Below are positions 51,570 to 62,014 of a stretch of 64,000 nucleotides of DNA, one piece after another. Positions within the stretch are counted from its first letter, which is position 1. Each line of letters starts with the position of its first letter. Both the position numbers and the translations under genes were made by a program. The stretch is from positions 448,001 through 512,000 of the forward strand of contig CAXWPJ010000009.1 in NCBI GenBank assembly GCA_963664115.2, read 5' to 3'. The notes below the pieces were generated by a model that was given only the letters and a program-made list of their open reading frames with translations, was not told the DNA's origin and searched no databases. This stretch comes from Terriglobia bacterium (lineage in GTDB: Bacteria > Acidobacteriota > Terriglobia > 20CM-2-55-15).

Positions 51570-53792
51570 TCAGACGACTTGGAGCGAGGCGTATTTGGCG
51601 ATCATCTTCTTCAGGCCGTAGTTACTGAAGCTCACCGTTAACTTGGCATCATCACCCGCGCCTTCCATACGCAGTATTGTTCCGACACCAAACTTGGGGT
51701 GCTTCACGCGTGTACCCTGCTTCCACCGTCGGGTGCCGCCTCCACGCCCCTTAGCTCTTGGGGGCGGACCTTGGGACTTCAGGAATTCCTGAACTGCATT
51801 GACGGTGTTGTAGGTCTCTCCTGAATACGTCGTCCTTTCACGGGGTTCAGCCCGCAATGGCAAGGACACATCGAGACCCTCGATCAATTCGGCCGGTATC
51901 TCTTCAAGAAACCGCGAAACTTCAGAAATCATTGGATCCATTGTCCCAAAAGTCCGCCGGTAGCGAGACGCGCTCAGGTAGAGGCGTTCTTCAGCCCGCG
52001 TCATGCCGACGTAGAAAAGGCGCCGCTCTTCTTCGAGCGATGTCCGCTCAGTGAGGGATCGATTGTGGGGAAACAGACCGTCTTCCATCCCGATGATGAA
52101 CACGACGGAAAACTCGAGTCCTTTCGCGGTATGGAGCGTCATCAAGGTCACCGGTGCGCGTTCATCGTAGTCGTCCTGATCAGAAACCAAGGCCGCGTTG
52201 TCTAAGAAATCGCGCAAACTCTCGCCACGCGCCGTACTTTCTTCTGCGGCCGTCAGAAGTTCACGAATATTGTCGATCCGGCTCAGCGCTTCCTCGGTCC
52301 CCTCCTGCTGGAGAACTTCAACGTAACGCGACTTTTCGATGACCCTCTGAAGCAAATCGATGCCGGACATCTGATCCGCGGATTCCAGAAAGTCCGTCAT
52401 CAGTTCGTGAAAGGCTCCCAGGGCGCGCCTGGACCGGAGCGCCAGACCGTCTCCACCGATCGTGATCCCGACGGCTTCCCATAGAGACACCTCTCTCTGG
52501 GCAGCCATATCGAGGAGAGCGTCGATCGTCGTCCGTCCGATGCCGCGGGTTGGCGTGTTGATGATTCGCATCAGGTGGACCGAATCGTTTGGATTCAGAA
52601 TAGCGGTCAGGTAGCTGAGCAAGTCCTTTATCTCCGCACGTTCGTAGAAACTGAGTCCTCCGACAACGCGGTACGGGATATCAAACCGTTGAAACATTTC
52701 TTCGAGGACGCGTGAAAGAAAGTTTGTTCTATAAAGGACGGCAATGTGGCGTTCCGGCCCGGCCCCGCGTTCGCCCATGATCCGTTCGGCAACGTGCGCC
52801 GCCTCCTGGTCCGGGTCGCGGGCTTCGAAGAACATTATCTTTTCGCCGGACGAGTTCTCGGTCCACAATTCCTTACCCTTCCGATCCTCGTTGTTGGCAA
52901 CGACGGCACCAGCAGCTGCCAGAATCGTCTTTGTGGAGCGGTAATTCTGTTCGAGCCGAACGATTTGCGTGTTCGGATAGTCCTTTTCAAACGAGAGGAT
53001 GTTCTGGATGTCGGCACCCCTCCAGCTGTAGATGGACTGGTCCTCGTCTCCAACGACACAGACGTTGCGGTGCTGGTCGGCCAGATATCGAACCAACTTG
53101 TACTGGGTGCGGTTCGTGTCCTGATATTCGTCGACCATGATGTAGCGAAAGCGCTGGCTGTATTTTTCTGCGACCGACGGAAACTTTTCGAAGAGCTCGA
53201 CGGTCTTCCCCAGCAGATCGTCAAAATCAAGTGCGTGGGCCTTTCGCAGCCGCTTTTCATACTCCGCATACACCTGAGCCGTGTACTCCCAATCGGGCTG
53301 CCAGGCGTCTTCGGCCATCTTGTCCGAAGTGGTTCGCTGATTCTTGGCAGCGCTGATGCGAGTCTGGATCACCCGAGCGGTCACCACTTTGTCGTCTACG
53401 GAAAGATCTTTCATCGTGGATCGGACGACCTGAAACTGATCGTTCGAATCGTAGATCGTAAACTCCTTCCTGTAGCCAAGCGCTTCGATCTCGCGCCTCA
53501 GGAGACGTACGCAGAGCGAATGGAAGGTGGAAATCCATGGATCAGCCGAACGCGGCGCGCGAAGCTGATCGCGAACCCGAGCCTTCATCTGATCCGCCGC
53601 CTTGTTCGTAAACGTGACCGCCAGGATAGATTCAGGCCGAACCCCAAGGTTCTCGACCAGATGAACGATTCGATACGTAATGACCCGGGTCTTACCGCTG
53701 CCGGCACCGGCGAGAATTAAAATCGGCCCCTCGATCGCCTCGGCAGCTTCCAACTGCTGCGGATTCAAATGTTCTTTTAGATCAATGCCCAT
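51570..53792 (-). CDS. pcrA: UvrD/PcrA ATP-dependent DNA helicase
   Basis: AGAGSGKT, DEYQDTN, LEQNYRS, KGLEF, EEERRLFYVGMTRA, C-terminal HPKFG Tudor-like domain. Confidence 0.94.
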   Translation of the reverse strand: MGIDLKEHLNPQQLEAAEAIEGPILILAGAGSGKTRVITYRIVHLVENLGVRPESILAVTFTNKAADQMKARVRDQLRAPRSADPWISTFHSLCVRLLRREIEALGYRKEFTIYDSNDQFQVVRSTMKDLSVDDKVVTARVIQTRISAAKNQRTTSDKMAEDAWQPDWEYTAQVYAEYEKRLRKAHALDFDDLLGKTVELFEKFPSVAEKYSQRFRYIMVDEYQDTNRTQYKLVRYLADQHRNVCVVGDEDQSIYSWRGADIQNILSFEKDYPNTQIVRLEQNYRSTKTILAAAGAVVANNEDRKGKELWTENSSGEKIMFFEARDPDQEAAHVAERIMGERGAGPERHIAVLYRTNFLSRVLEEMFQRFDIPYRVVGGLSFYERAEIKDLLSYLTAILNPNDSVHLMRIINTPTRGIGRTTIDALLDMAAQREVSLWEAVGITIGGDGLALRSRRALGAFHELMTDFLESADQMSGIDLLQRVIEKSRYVEVLQQEGTEEALSRIDNIRELLTAAEESTARGESLRDFLDNAALVSDQDDYDERAPVTLMTLHTAKGLEFSVVFIIGMEDGLFPHNRSLTERTSLEEERRLFYVGMTRAEERLYLSASRYRRTFGTMDPMISEVSRFLEEIPAELIEGLDVSLPLRAEPRERTTYSGETYNTVNAVQEFLKSQGPPPRAKGRGGGTRRWKQGTRVKHPKFGVGTILRMEGAGDDAKLTVSFSNYGLKKMIAKYASLQVV

Positions 53793-53814
53793 TGCTCAGA
53801 ATAAATACTTGTTC

Positions 53815-53945
53815 ACCGCAAAGGCGCAAAGTTTAAGAATCGAGTTTCTGGGAATCGGAACGTTTCTATCGAAATTCACGCACGCCATTGCTCCATCCGT
53901 TGACAAGACAATCATAGTTCCTTTGCGTCTTTGCGCCTTTGCGGT
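53815..53945. repeat. CGCAAAGN-unit inverted-repeat element
   Basis: ACCGCAAAGGCGCAAAG ... CTTTGCGTCTTTGCGCCTTTGCGGT. Confidence 0.8.
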
Positions 53946-53952
53946 CGATTTC

Positions 53953-55803
53953 TTATTCCACGGTGACGCTTTTGGCGAGGTTGCGGGGTTGGTCTACGTC
54001 ACAGCCCCGTTGTACGGCAATCTGATAGGCGAGGAGCTGCAGTGGGACGACCTCTAGAATGGGTAGCAGGAAATCAGTGGCCTTCGGAACGAAAATGCAG
54101 TGGTCGGATTCTGCCGCGACCGCGGTGTCGCCTTCGATGGCAACGGAAACGATGATCCCGTCACGCGACTTCACTTCTCGAACGTTGTTGAGCACTTTTT
54201 CGTAAATCTGGCATGACGCCTCCCGTTCCTCGTCCTTGGTGACCACGAAAACGACGGGCAAGTCGCCATCGATAAGCGCGTTGGGTCCGTGCTTCATTTC
54301 GCCGGCCGGGTATCCTTCAGCGTGAATATAGGAAATCTCTTTCAGTTTCAACGCACCTTCAAGAGCAATCGGAAAATGGATGCCTCGCCCAAGAAAAAGG
54401 AAATCGTTTGAATGGGCCAGAGACCGGGCGATCGTCTCGATCTGAGGTGCCGACGCCAGCACCTGCTCGATCTTGGGCGGGAGCGCCGTCAGTTCCGACA
54501 AAGCCGCGCCGATCTGGTCCGGAGACAAGGTCTGGTGCGATTTCCCCAACTGGAGTGCCAACAGGTAGAGGGCAGTCAGCTGTGTAACGAACGCTTTTGT
54601 CGACGCCACACCGATCTCAGGACCGGCACGCGTGTAGAGAACGCCATCAGCCAGTCGGGTTGTCATAGAGCCAACGACATTCGTTATCGTAAGAACGCGA
54701 AAGCCCATCTCGCGCACCAAACGCTGAGCCGCGATGGTATCGGCTGTTTCACCCGACTGCGTGATGACGACGAAAAGTGTGGCCGGATCCACCGCCGGGC
54801 TTCGATATCGGAACTCGCTGGCATAGTCGACCTGAACCGGCAGACGCGCTATGGCCTCGATCATGTACTTACCTGCCACGCACGAGTGCCAACTCGTACC
54901 GCAGCCGAGGAGGCAAATACTCTTAAAGCTCTTCCAGTCCTCCTCCAAAAACCCCGCGTCATCCAGGCGCACTTCGTTCGATTCCAGCGCCAGCCGTCCC
55001 ACCAGCGTCTCGCTGACGGCTTCCGGCTGCTCGTGGATTTCCTTCAACATGAAGTGCTTGTAACCCCCCTTCTCAGCTTGCACGGGGTCCCACGTGATGC
55101 GATTGAAATGGGGCTCGCGCTGGGCTCCGTCAAAGTCCATCAGTCGGATCCGGTCGGATTCGACGACAGCCAGTTCACCATCATCCAGGAACAACAGCTC
55201 ACGGGTGTGGGGAAGCAATGCCGAAATGTCGGAAGCAACGAAGCCCTCTCCGTTCGTGCGCCCGACAACAGTGGGCGGCCCATCGCGTCCGGTCACAATT
55301 TTTTGAGGATCGTCTGCTGAAATAGCAGAAAATGCGAACAAACCGCGCAACTCCTTCACAGCCGCCAGCACCGCAACTTCAAGGTTTCCCTCGAAGTACT
55401 TCTCGATGAGATGCGCGATGACTTCGGTGTCGGTTTCTGTCGCGAACTGATGACCTTCCCCGCTCAGACCACGCTTGAGCTCCAGGTAGTTTTCGATGAT
55501 CCCGTTGTGAACAACAACGATCCGCCCCTTGCAGTCACGATGGGGATGCGCATTTTCTTCGGTCGGCCGGCCATGTGTCGCCCAACGCGTGTGGCCCAGA
55601 CCGTAGCTACCACTGATGGGTTCCTTGCCCAGAAGCAGTTCCAGATTGACCAACTTGCCTTCCGAGCGACGCACGACAACCTCACCGTCGCTAACGATCG
55701 CGATACCAGCCGAATCGTATCCACGGTACTCAAGGCTCCGAAGACCCTCCAGCACCAGCGGGACGGCATCACGATTACCGATGTATCCGAAAATTCCACA
55801 CAT
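53953..55803 (-). CDS. glmS: Glutamine-fructose-6-phosphate aminotransferase
   Basis: MCGI, LEYRGYDSAG, HTRWATHG, PRNLAKSVTVE. Confidence 0.99.
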   Translation of the reverse strand: MCGIFGYIGNRDAVPLVLEGLRSLEYRGYDSAGIAIVSDGEVVVRRSEGKLVNLELLLGKEPISGSYGLGHTRWATHGRPTEENAHPHRDCKGRIVVVHNGIIENYLELKRGLSGEGHQFATETDTEVIAHLIEKYFEGNLEVAVLAAVKELRGLFAFSAISADDPQKIVTGRDGPPTVVGRTNGEGFVASDISALLPHTRELLFLDDGELAVVESDRIRLMDFDGAQREPHFNRITWDPVQAEKGGYKHFMLKEIHEQPEAVSETLVGRLALESNEVRLDDAGFLEEDWKSFKSICLLGCGTSWHSCVAGKYMIEAIARLPVQVDYASEFRYRSPAVDPATLFVVITQSGETADTIAAQRLVREMGFRVLTITNVVGSMTTRLADGVLYTRAGPEIGVASTKAFVTQLTALYLLALQLGKSHQTLSPDQIGAALSELTALPPKIEQVLASAPQIETIARSLAHSNDFLFLGRGIHFPIALEGALKLKEISYIHAEGYPAGEMKHGPNALIDGDLPVVFVVTKDEEREASCQIYEKVLNNVREVKSRDGIIVSVAIEGDTAVAAESDHCIFVPKATDFLLPILEVVPLQLLAYQIAVQRGCDVDQPRNLAKSVTVE

Positions 55804-55814
55804 AAGAGCCGCTC

Positions 55815-55892
55815 AACGCAGAGGCGCAGGGTTCGCAGAGGCCGCAGGAGGAGGAACTGAAGAAAATATCTCTATACCTCAGTGCCTCTGTG
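55815..55892. repeat. Degenerate CGCAGAGN-unit repeat element
   Basis: AACGCAGAGGCGCAGGGTTCGCAGAGG ... CCTCAGTGCCTCTGTG in the glmU-glmS spacer. Confidence 0.6.
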
Positions 55893-55899
55893 CTTAGAC

Positions 55900-57276
55900 C
55901 TAATTCTTTCCTTTCTTTTTTCCTTTTTGCTTCATCCGGTCTTTCTTCACCACCTGGCGGCCGCGGCCAATGGCCAGGGAGTCCGGTGGAACGTCTTTCG
56001 TGATGGTGGAACCGGCACCTAGATAGGCGTTCTTTTCGATCCGGATGGGAGCGACGAGCGAAGAATTGCTTCCGATGAAAACGCCGTCCTCGATAGTCGT
56101 TTTGTGCTTGTTCACACCGTCGTAATTGCACGTGATCGTGCCAGCCCCGACATTAACATTCTTTCCGATGTCGGCGTCTCCCAGATACGTCAGGTGCATG
56201 GACTTGGTTCCTTCGTCGAGCTTAGACTTCTTGATTTCAACAAAGTTACCGACTTTGACGCTGTTCTCAAGAAGCGTCCCCATCCTCAGATGGGCGTAGG
56301 GGCCAATGCGGACATCGCTCCGAACTTCGGACTGATCCATAATGCAACCGTCCAGGATGGTGGACCCATCGCCCACCTTGGAATCTGAGATCCGGCAAAA
56401 GGACCTCACGGTTACGTCTTCGCCAAGAATCGATGCGCCCTCGATAGCGACCGAGGGGTAGATAGTGGAATCGCTTCCGATCTGCACGTCGGCGTCAATC
56501 CGGGCCGTTTCCGGGTCGAGGATCGAGACGCCGTCCGCCATGAGGGACTCACACTTTCGTCGGCGGATCTCACGATCCACAAGAGCCAATTGCTTGCGCG
56601 AATTGATACCCGACGCTTCAATAGGATCTTCAAGCGCGAACGCCCCAAAACGGTGCCCATCCCCGGAAAAAATCCTGACGACCTCGGTCAGATAGTATTC
56701 CTGCTGAGCATTGTCAGCCCCGGTTCGCTCGAGCGCGTCGAACAGAAGCTCGGAGTTGAACAGATAAATGCCGGAATTGATCTCTCGTATTGCGAGCACC
56801 TCGTCGGCACCGTCCCGATGTTCGACGATGCTGTCGACCTCGTGCTCGGAACTGCGAATAATCCGGCCATAGCCCTGCGGATCATCCATTGTCGCCACAA
56901 CGAGGGACCCCGCAAACGAACCCTCACGATGAAAATCAGCCAGTCTCCGAAGAGTTGCCGGCCCGATCAAGGGCACGTCACCTGGCAGGATCAGCAGATC
57001 ACCCGCATTCTGGAGCGATTCGCGCGCCGCCATCACCGCATGTCCTGTGCCGAGTTGCTGCTCCTGTTGGATGAAGTGGACCCCTTCGACCGCATCCTGA
57101 ACCTCGTTGGCATGGTGGCCCACGACAACGTGAACCTCCGGAGACACGTCGCGTGCCGCCCGAACCACGAACTCAAGCATAGGCAGGCCCCCGACCTGGT
57201 GAAGGACCTTCGCCTTCTTGGACTTCATCCGGGTGCCTGCACCAGCGGCCAGGATCAATACGGTTAATTTCGGCAT
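55900..57276 (-). CDS. glmU: Bifunctional GlmU
   Basis: LAAGAGTRMKS, QLGTGHA, GNFVEIK, YLGDA, CNYDG. Confidence 0.98.
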   Translation of the reverse strand: MPKLTVLILAAGAGTRMKSKKAKVLHQVGGLPMLEFVVRAARDVSPEVHVVVGHHANEVQDAVEGVHFIQQEQQLGTGHAVMAARESLQNAGDLLILPGDVPLIGPATLRRLADFHREGSFAGSLVVATMDDPQGYGRIIRSSEHEVDSIVEHRDGADEVLAIREINSGIYLFNSELLFDALERTGADNAQQEYYLTEVVRIFSGDGHRFGAFALEDPIEASGINSRKQLALVDREIRRRKCESLMADGVSILDPETARIDADVQIGSDSTIYPSVAIEGASILGEDVTVRSFCRISDSKVGDGSTILDGCIMDQSEVRSDVRIGPYAHLRMGTLLENSVKVGNFVEIKKSKLDEGTKSMHLTYLGDADIGKNVNVGAGTITCNYDGVNKHKTTIEDGVFIGSNSSLVAPIRIEKNAYLGAGSTITKDVPPDSLAIGRGRQVVKKDRMKQKGKKKGKN

Positions 57277-58223
57277 ATTTTGAGTACAGCTTCCGCGAGA
57301 AGGTCCGCGTCGTGACGGATCACCTCACCTTCGGAAAGCAGATCTTTCTCGACGATCGTTATTCCCATCGCGCGAACACGCTCTTCATCAACTTCAACCA
57401 TGTGCGCGTTCTGTTCCCTGTATTTTCGCAGAATCGCGTTCGAAGGCGAGAGCGTATTTAAGAGAACATTCGGAAACAATACTTCCCCGACGTGATCGAT
57501 GATCGCTTGAATGTGGTCGCCCATCGTCATATCCGTGGTCTCAGCCGGTTGCGTCATGATGTTCTGGACGTAGATCTTGTGAGCGCCCGACGAGCGGATC
57601 GCGGACACGATCTCGCGGGGCAGGAGGTTTGCGATGAGACTGGTGTAAAGGGATCCGGGACCGATCGTAATGATCTCAGCCCCAGCAATAGCTTCCAGCG
57701 CTTCCGGCAGTGAATGGGCGTCGGGAGGATCCAATTCCAGACGACGGATGCGGCGGGGGTCCGCTGTGATACGGGTTTCGCCCGCAATCCACTCACCGTC
57801 GGCCAGCAGCGCCTTCAAGGCAACATCCGACGTTGTCGAAGGGTAGATGGTGCCTTTGATGGCGAGCACTTCCGAGGTCAGTCGGACAGCTTCGGCGAAG
57901 TCTCCAGTTACACCGGCCATCGCCGTCAGGAACAAATTTCCGAAGCTGTGATCATTCAATCCGCCGTCGGTGTCCTCACTCGAAAATCGATGCCTGAAGA
58001 GTCGGGACATGAGGGCTTCGTCTTCAGACAGCGCGACCATGCAGTTGCGAATGTCGCCGGGAGGCAGGACGCCAAACTCCTCTCTCAGGCGGCCCGAGCT
58101 GCCTCCGTCATCGGTCACTGCGACAATGACAGAGAGGTCCACGTCTGTCTTTTTCAAACCCCGTAAGAGGTTCGACAAACCGGCGCCTCCCCCGATCGAT
58201 ACGATTTTGGTGTCCTCTCCCAT
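57264..58223 (-). CDS. yvcK: YvcK/GlmR-family UDP-sugar-binding protein
   Basis: IGGGAGL, DDGGSSGRLR, PPGDIRNC, GPGSLYTS, RHD. Confidence 0.9.
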   Translation of the reverse strand: MGEDTKIVSIGGGAGLSNLLRGLKKTDVDLSVIVAVTDDGGSSGRLREEFGVLPPGDIRNCMVALSEDEALMSRLFRHRFSSEDTDGGLNDHSFGNLFLTAMAGVTGDFAEAVRLTSEVLAIKGTIYPSTTSDVALKALLADGEWIAGETRITADPRRIRRLELDPPDAHSLPEALEAIAGAEIITIGPGSLYTSLIANLLPREIVSAIRSSGAHKIYVQNIMTQPAETTDMTMGDHIQAIIDHVGEVLFPNVLLNTLSPSNAILRKYREQNAHMVEVDEERVRAMGITIVEKDLLSEGEVIRHDADLLAEAVLKICRN

Positions 58224-58299
58224 AGGTGCTGTCTCTAACGTGCAGGGCGGGAGGGCTTAATGACGAGCTCGATACGCTTTCGTCTTCGAGCCTCGCCTG

Positions 58300-59136
58300 T
58301 CAGCCCATGTCGGACGTGGTCAAGTCGATGAAGTCCGAATCTTGGGACAGGGACTCGAAGTCGTCGTCGTTGACCGCAAGGAAGCGGTTCTCGTCGCGAT
58401 ACTGGATGGCTTTCCGCAGATAGTCCAGAGCGGTTTCCCGGTCACCATTGAGCGCTGACGCTGCGGCGAGAGCGTAGTGAATATAGTCCCCCTTCGGGGA
58501 CAACTTCAAGGCACGCTGCAGATGCTCAAGCGCCTTAGTGATATTTTGTCCGTTTAACTCGGCAATCCCGACCTCATAGTATTCGTCGGCGCCCTGAAGC
58601 CGTGGAGAATTTTTTGCGTCTTGGATTCGATTATTGCAGGCATGGATCAGGACATGAGCCCGATCGAGCAATTCGATTTCGTAGGGGAATTCCTTGATCA
58701 GCCCATCAAATGTTACCTTGGCCTTTGCAAATTTTTCCGATTGCATCTGCTTGAAACCGGTTTCGTAAAGCTTGAGAGCTGCGGAAAAAGTGGACAGACG
58801 TGGCCGCCGGCTGGACGTCTTCCCCTTCGACTTGGCAGACTTTTTGGTCTTCTTGGGAGCACTGGCCCGCTGCTTTGCCGGCTGTTTCTTGCTGGCCGCG
58901 GCCCGGCCTTGAGACTTTTTGGAACCGGCCTTTTGCTTAGTCGTTTTCTTTTTCGCAGCGGGTTTCTTGCTGGAAGAGGCTTTCTTTGCCGTTGAAGATG
59001 CTTTCTTCGCCCTAGATGTGGCCTTCCGCTTAGCGAAAACAGCCTTCTTCTTGGTCGATTTAGACTTTAAACTCTTGTTAGGTTTAGACTTAGATGCCGT
59101 ACGGCTCCTGGACTGAGTTCGTTTTTTTGCTGCCAT
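58300..59136 (-). CDS. TPR protein with histone-H1-like basic N-terminus
   Basis: About 110 aa of K/S/A/R-rich low complexity, then TPR helices ending A..DDDFESL. Confidence 0.8.
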   Translation of the reverse strand: MAAKKRTQSRSRTASKSKPNKSLKSKSTKKKAVFAKRKATSRAKKASSTAKKASSSKKPAAKKKTTKQKAGSKKSQGRAAASKKQPAKQRASAPKKTKKSAKSKGKTSSRRPRLSTFSAALKLYETGFKQMQSEKFAKAKVTFDGLIKEFPYEIELLDRAHVLIHACNNRIQDAKNSPRLQGADEYYEVGIAELNGQNITKALEHLQRALKLSPKGDYIHYALAAASALNGDRETALDYLRKAIQYRDENRFLAVNDDDFESLSQDSDFIDLTTSDMG

Positions 59137-59306
59137 GATTTAGGAAGTCGCTTTATGGATAGAAGGGCCACTTATAAATGAAACCCGCAGCCAAAGTCAA
59201 GGCAGGCTCGGCTGGTACAAAGTCGTATCACCATGGCAAGGCATTCTATTAGAGTCACTTAGCCTGCTACTTGAGAAGGATTGTGGAGGCCCCAGATGGA
59301 GCTGAA

Positions 59307-59534
59307 TCAGCGCTTGCCGCCGGACTGGCCCGCTGCCATGGTCCGGGGAGGCTGATCCGTATCTTCGGAAGTGGATTCCGATTCGGGAAGGCTCTGCAGT
59401 TTGGTCTGTATGGCAACATCCTTCGGGGCCTCGATACCGAATCGGACGCGGTTTCGGCCAATCTCCAGAATGGTGATTTCGATATCGTCAGCAATGATGA
59501 TCTTTTGATTCGTTCGGCGGGCGACGATAAGCAT
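59307..59534 (-). CDS. csrA: CsrA-family protein (atypical)
   Basis: MLIVARR...IEITIL...VRFGIEAPKDV; GGAG SD upstream. Confidence 0.82.
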   Translation of the reverse strand: MLIVARRTNQKIIIADDIEITILEIGRNRVRFGIEAPKDVAIQTKLQSLPESESTSEDTDQPPRTMAAGQSGGKR

Positions 59535-59758
59535 AGGACTCCCCGGTTCGGTAGAGCACAGCGCAAACCTAAAAATACTAAAAATAACCTAAAATATAAC
59601 TCGCCCTTCGTCTGACCCAGACCCGAGCGCTGGCCACACACGCCGTTTATACCCGGAGATTCCTTCTTATTTCCCTGTTTTTCTGGCAGAATATGCTCGT
59701 TTATTCATGGGTCTAAACTCAGGGTCTGAATAGACGGAAGGAAGTCGTCGCCGAACTG

Positions 59759-60943
59759 ATGCTCAACCGTTTGGTTTGCCTCTTATTGCTGGCTGTCGTC
59801 ATTTTCGTCTGGCCCGTCCAAACCCAGGAAGCCACGTCGGATTTGGAGCAGTTGAGGGAACCCGCCCGTATCGAAGCAGCGGCCGCTGCCGAATACCTCG
59901 ACGAATTGTCCTACCGCGGTGTTTCTCTTGATGCCCAGGGTATTCGCGTCGAGTCCCTCGACGGCGGACTGATCATCGCCGATCACCAGGGAGACCAGGT
60001 GTTCAACCCGGCATCGGTCATTAAAGTCGCGACCTCGCTTGCCGCGCTGGAACGTTTCGGAATCGATCATCGATTTGAAACGGCGTTCTATGTTGACGGC
60101 ACCATCGACGAGGCAGGCGTCCTCCACGGAGACCTGATTCTTTCCAGCGATGGTGATCCCGTGATGGGCACTGCGGATTTGACCCGGCTCGCGCGGGAAG
60201 TGATCCGTGCCGGCGTGCGGCGCGTGGATGGCAACTTCGTCATCTCCGGACCATTCACGGTCGGCAACCTGTACTCAAGGCGTCGCGTCGACCCCTACGT
60301 CGTTCGAACGCTCCGGCGTATCGGAGTGCGGGTTCCCGACGAAGTGACTCACGGCCCGGTGGTCGGCAGGCAAGTTGCCCGGCGTTTATCCGATCCTCTG
60401 CTAGGCATCCTGTTTGATCAGAATGCGCGCAGCAACAACACGACGGCGGACCGCATGGGCGAGGCAGTGGGTGGCCCCGGGGCCGTGGAAGACTACCTGA
60501 TTCAGGAGGTCGGAATCCGTGCCGAGGACATCCGCATTCAACGAACATCCGGACTGCGGCGGAATCGGATTACTCCCGAAGGAACAATCATGGTTTTCCG
60601 CAAACTGACGTATTGGATGGAAAGCCACGGTTTGTATCCCGCACATGTGCTCCCTGTTGCGGGACTAGACCGCGGCACGCTACGTCTCCGATTCAACAGC
60701 CGGACACACCGCGGCGCAGTCGTCGCCAAGACGGGAACCCTGGTGTCCACCGATGACGGCGTCAGCACACTGGCTGGCATTCTCTACACCGAAGATCATG
60801 GCCCCCTGCTGTTCGCCATATTCAACACCCGGGGCCCAGTGTTGCAATACCGGAAATTTCAAGACAACTTTGTGAAGGATCTTCTCTCCGAATACGGTGG
60901 GATGCCAACCATCAACGCGTCAACGCACCGTTTCGGTAGCTGA
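59759..60943 (+). CDS. dacB: D-Ala-D-Ala carboxypeptidase/endopeptidase, peptidase S13 family
   Basis: PASVIK (SxxK), SNN, KTG motifs; signal peptide. Confidence 0.85.
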   Translation: MLNRLVCLLLLAVVIFVWPVQTQEATSDLEQLREPARIEAAAAAEYLDELSYRGVSLDAQGIRVESLDGGLIIADHQGDQVFNPASVIKVATSLAALERFGIDHRFETAFYVDGTIDEAGVLHGDLILSSDGDPVMGTADLTRLAREVIRAGVRRVDGNFVISGPFTVGNLYSRRRVDPYVVRTLRRIGVRVPDEVTHGPVVGRQVARRLSDPLLGILFDQNARSNNTTADRMGEAVGGPGAVEDYLIQEVGIRAEDIRIQRTSGLRRNRITPEGTIMVFRKLTYWMESHGLYPAHVLPVAGLDRGTLRLRFNSRTHRGAVVAKTGTLVSTDDGVSTLAGILYTEDHGPLLFAIFNTRGPVLQYRKFQDNFVKDLLSEYGGMPTINASTHRFGS

Positions 60944-61042
60944 GACTCTTTCCCCAACGATTCGGCGTATCCCTTCGAGGCCCGCTATTCCTTATCGACT
61001 CTCCGCCAGGCTCCACATCTTTTATCGCGGCATAGACAGCGC

Positions 61043-61942
61043 ATGAGTCTGCTCAACAGTCTGGTCGTACACAGCCTGCCTTTCATACCGAAGTCTGTGG
61101 TCGGCGCTGTTTCGAAACGTTACATCGCAGGTGAAACGCTGGAGGAAGCCCTGAAGGTCGCCAAAGATCTGAATCGTCACAGCTTTATGACGACCATCGA
61201 TCTATTGGGCGAAGATACGATCCACGTCGAGCAAGCCCGCCGGGCTGCAGGTGATTATCGAACCCTTCTCAACGCGATCGCGCGCAACGGCATTGAGGGG
61301 AATATTTCAGTCAAACCCACACAGTTCGGCCTGAACCTCGACATGCGCTTGTGCACCGATCTTTTCCGCGGACTCATCGAAGAAGCACGTTCGCTCGGGT
61401 ATTTCGTGCGCGTTGAAATGGAAAACTCTACCTGCACCCAAGCCACCGTGGAACTGTACCGCACGCTCCTCGCCGACTATGACAATATGGGAATCGTACT
61501 CCAATCGTACCTGCACCGCACTTCGTCCGACGTCGAGGCCGTCTCTCGATTCTCTCCGAACGTCCGAATGGTCAAAGGTGTCTACATGGAACCGGAAACC
61601 ATCGCGTACCAGAACGGCGACACGATCCGTATGCAGTACATAAAGTTGTCGGAAATTCTCTTGCGGGCCGGCTCATACCTTGCGTTCGCCACTCACGACC
61701 AGGTGTTGATCGAGGAAGCATGTCTCCTGGTCGACAGGCTCAAGCTCCCACCGACGGCCTACGAATTTCAGATGCTCCTCGGGGTGGGAGGAGCGCTGCG
61801 AACAAAGCTAGTGGAGTCAGGGCGGCGGATGCGCGTCTATGTGCCCTTCGGCGGCGATTGGTATCCGTATTCCATGCGCCGACTTAGAGAGAATCCAAAG
61901 ATCGCGGGCTACGTCCTGCGTGCCATGCTCGGGCGAGGGTAG
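61043..61942 (+). CDS. Monofunctional proline dehydrogenase
   Basis: DLLGE, SVKPT, RMVKG.Y, FATHD, EFQMLLG, YVPFG..WYPYSMRRL.E. Confidence 0.92.
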   Translation: MSLLNSLVVHSLPFIPKSVVGAVSKRYIAGETLEEALKVAKDLNRHSFMTTIDLLGEDTIHVEQARRAAGDYRTLLNAIARNGIEGNISVKPTQFGLNLDMRLCTDLFRGLIEEARSLGYFVRVEMENSTCTQATVELYRTLLADYDNMGIVLQSYLHRTSSDVEAVSRFSPNVRMVKGVYMEPETIAYQNGDTIRMQYIKLSEILLRAGSYLAFATHDQVLIEEACLLVDRLKLPPTAYEFQMLLGVGGALRTKLVESGRRMRVYVPFGGDWYPYSMRRLRENPKIAGYVLRAMLGRG

Positions 61943-62014
61943 ACAACAGCCCATGTTAATCTACGTTATTCGATGAATCGTTACTGTTCCCATTGATCAC
62001 CGCATCTAATCGTT

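Noticed and set aside
55804-55899. glmS ribozyme
   Set aside because: The spacer is under 100 bp, occupied by repeat units, and shows no recognisable ribozyme core.
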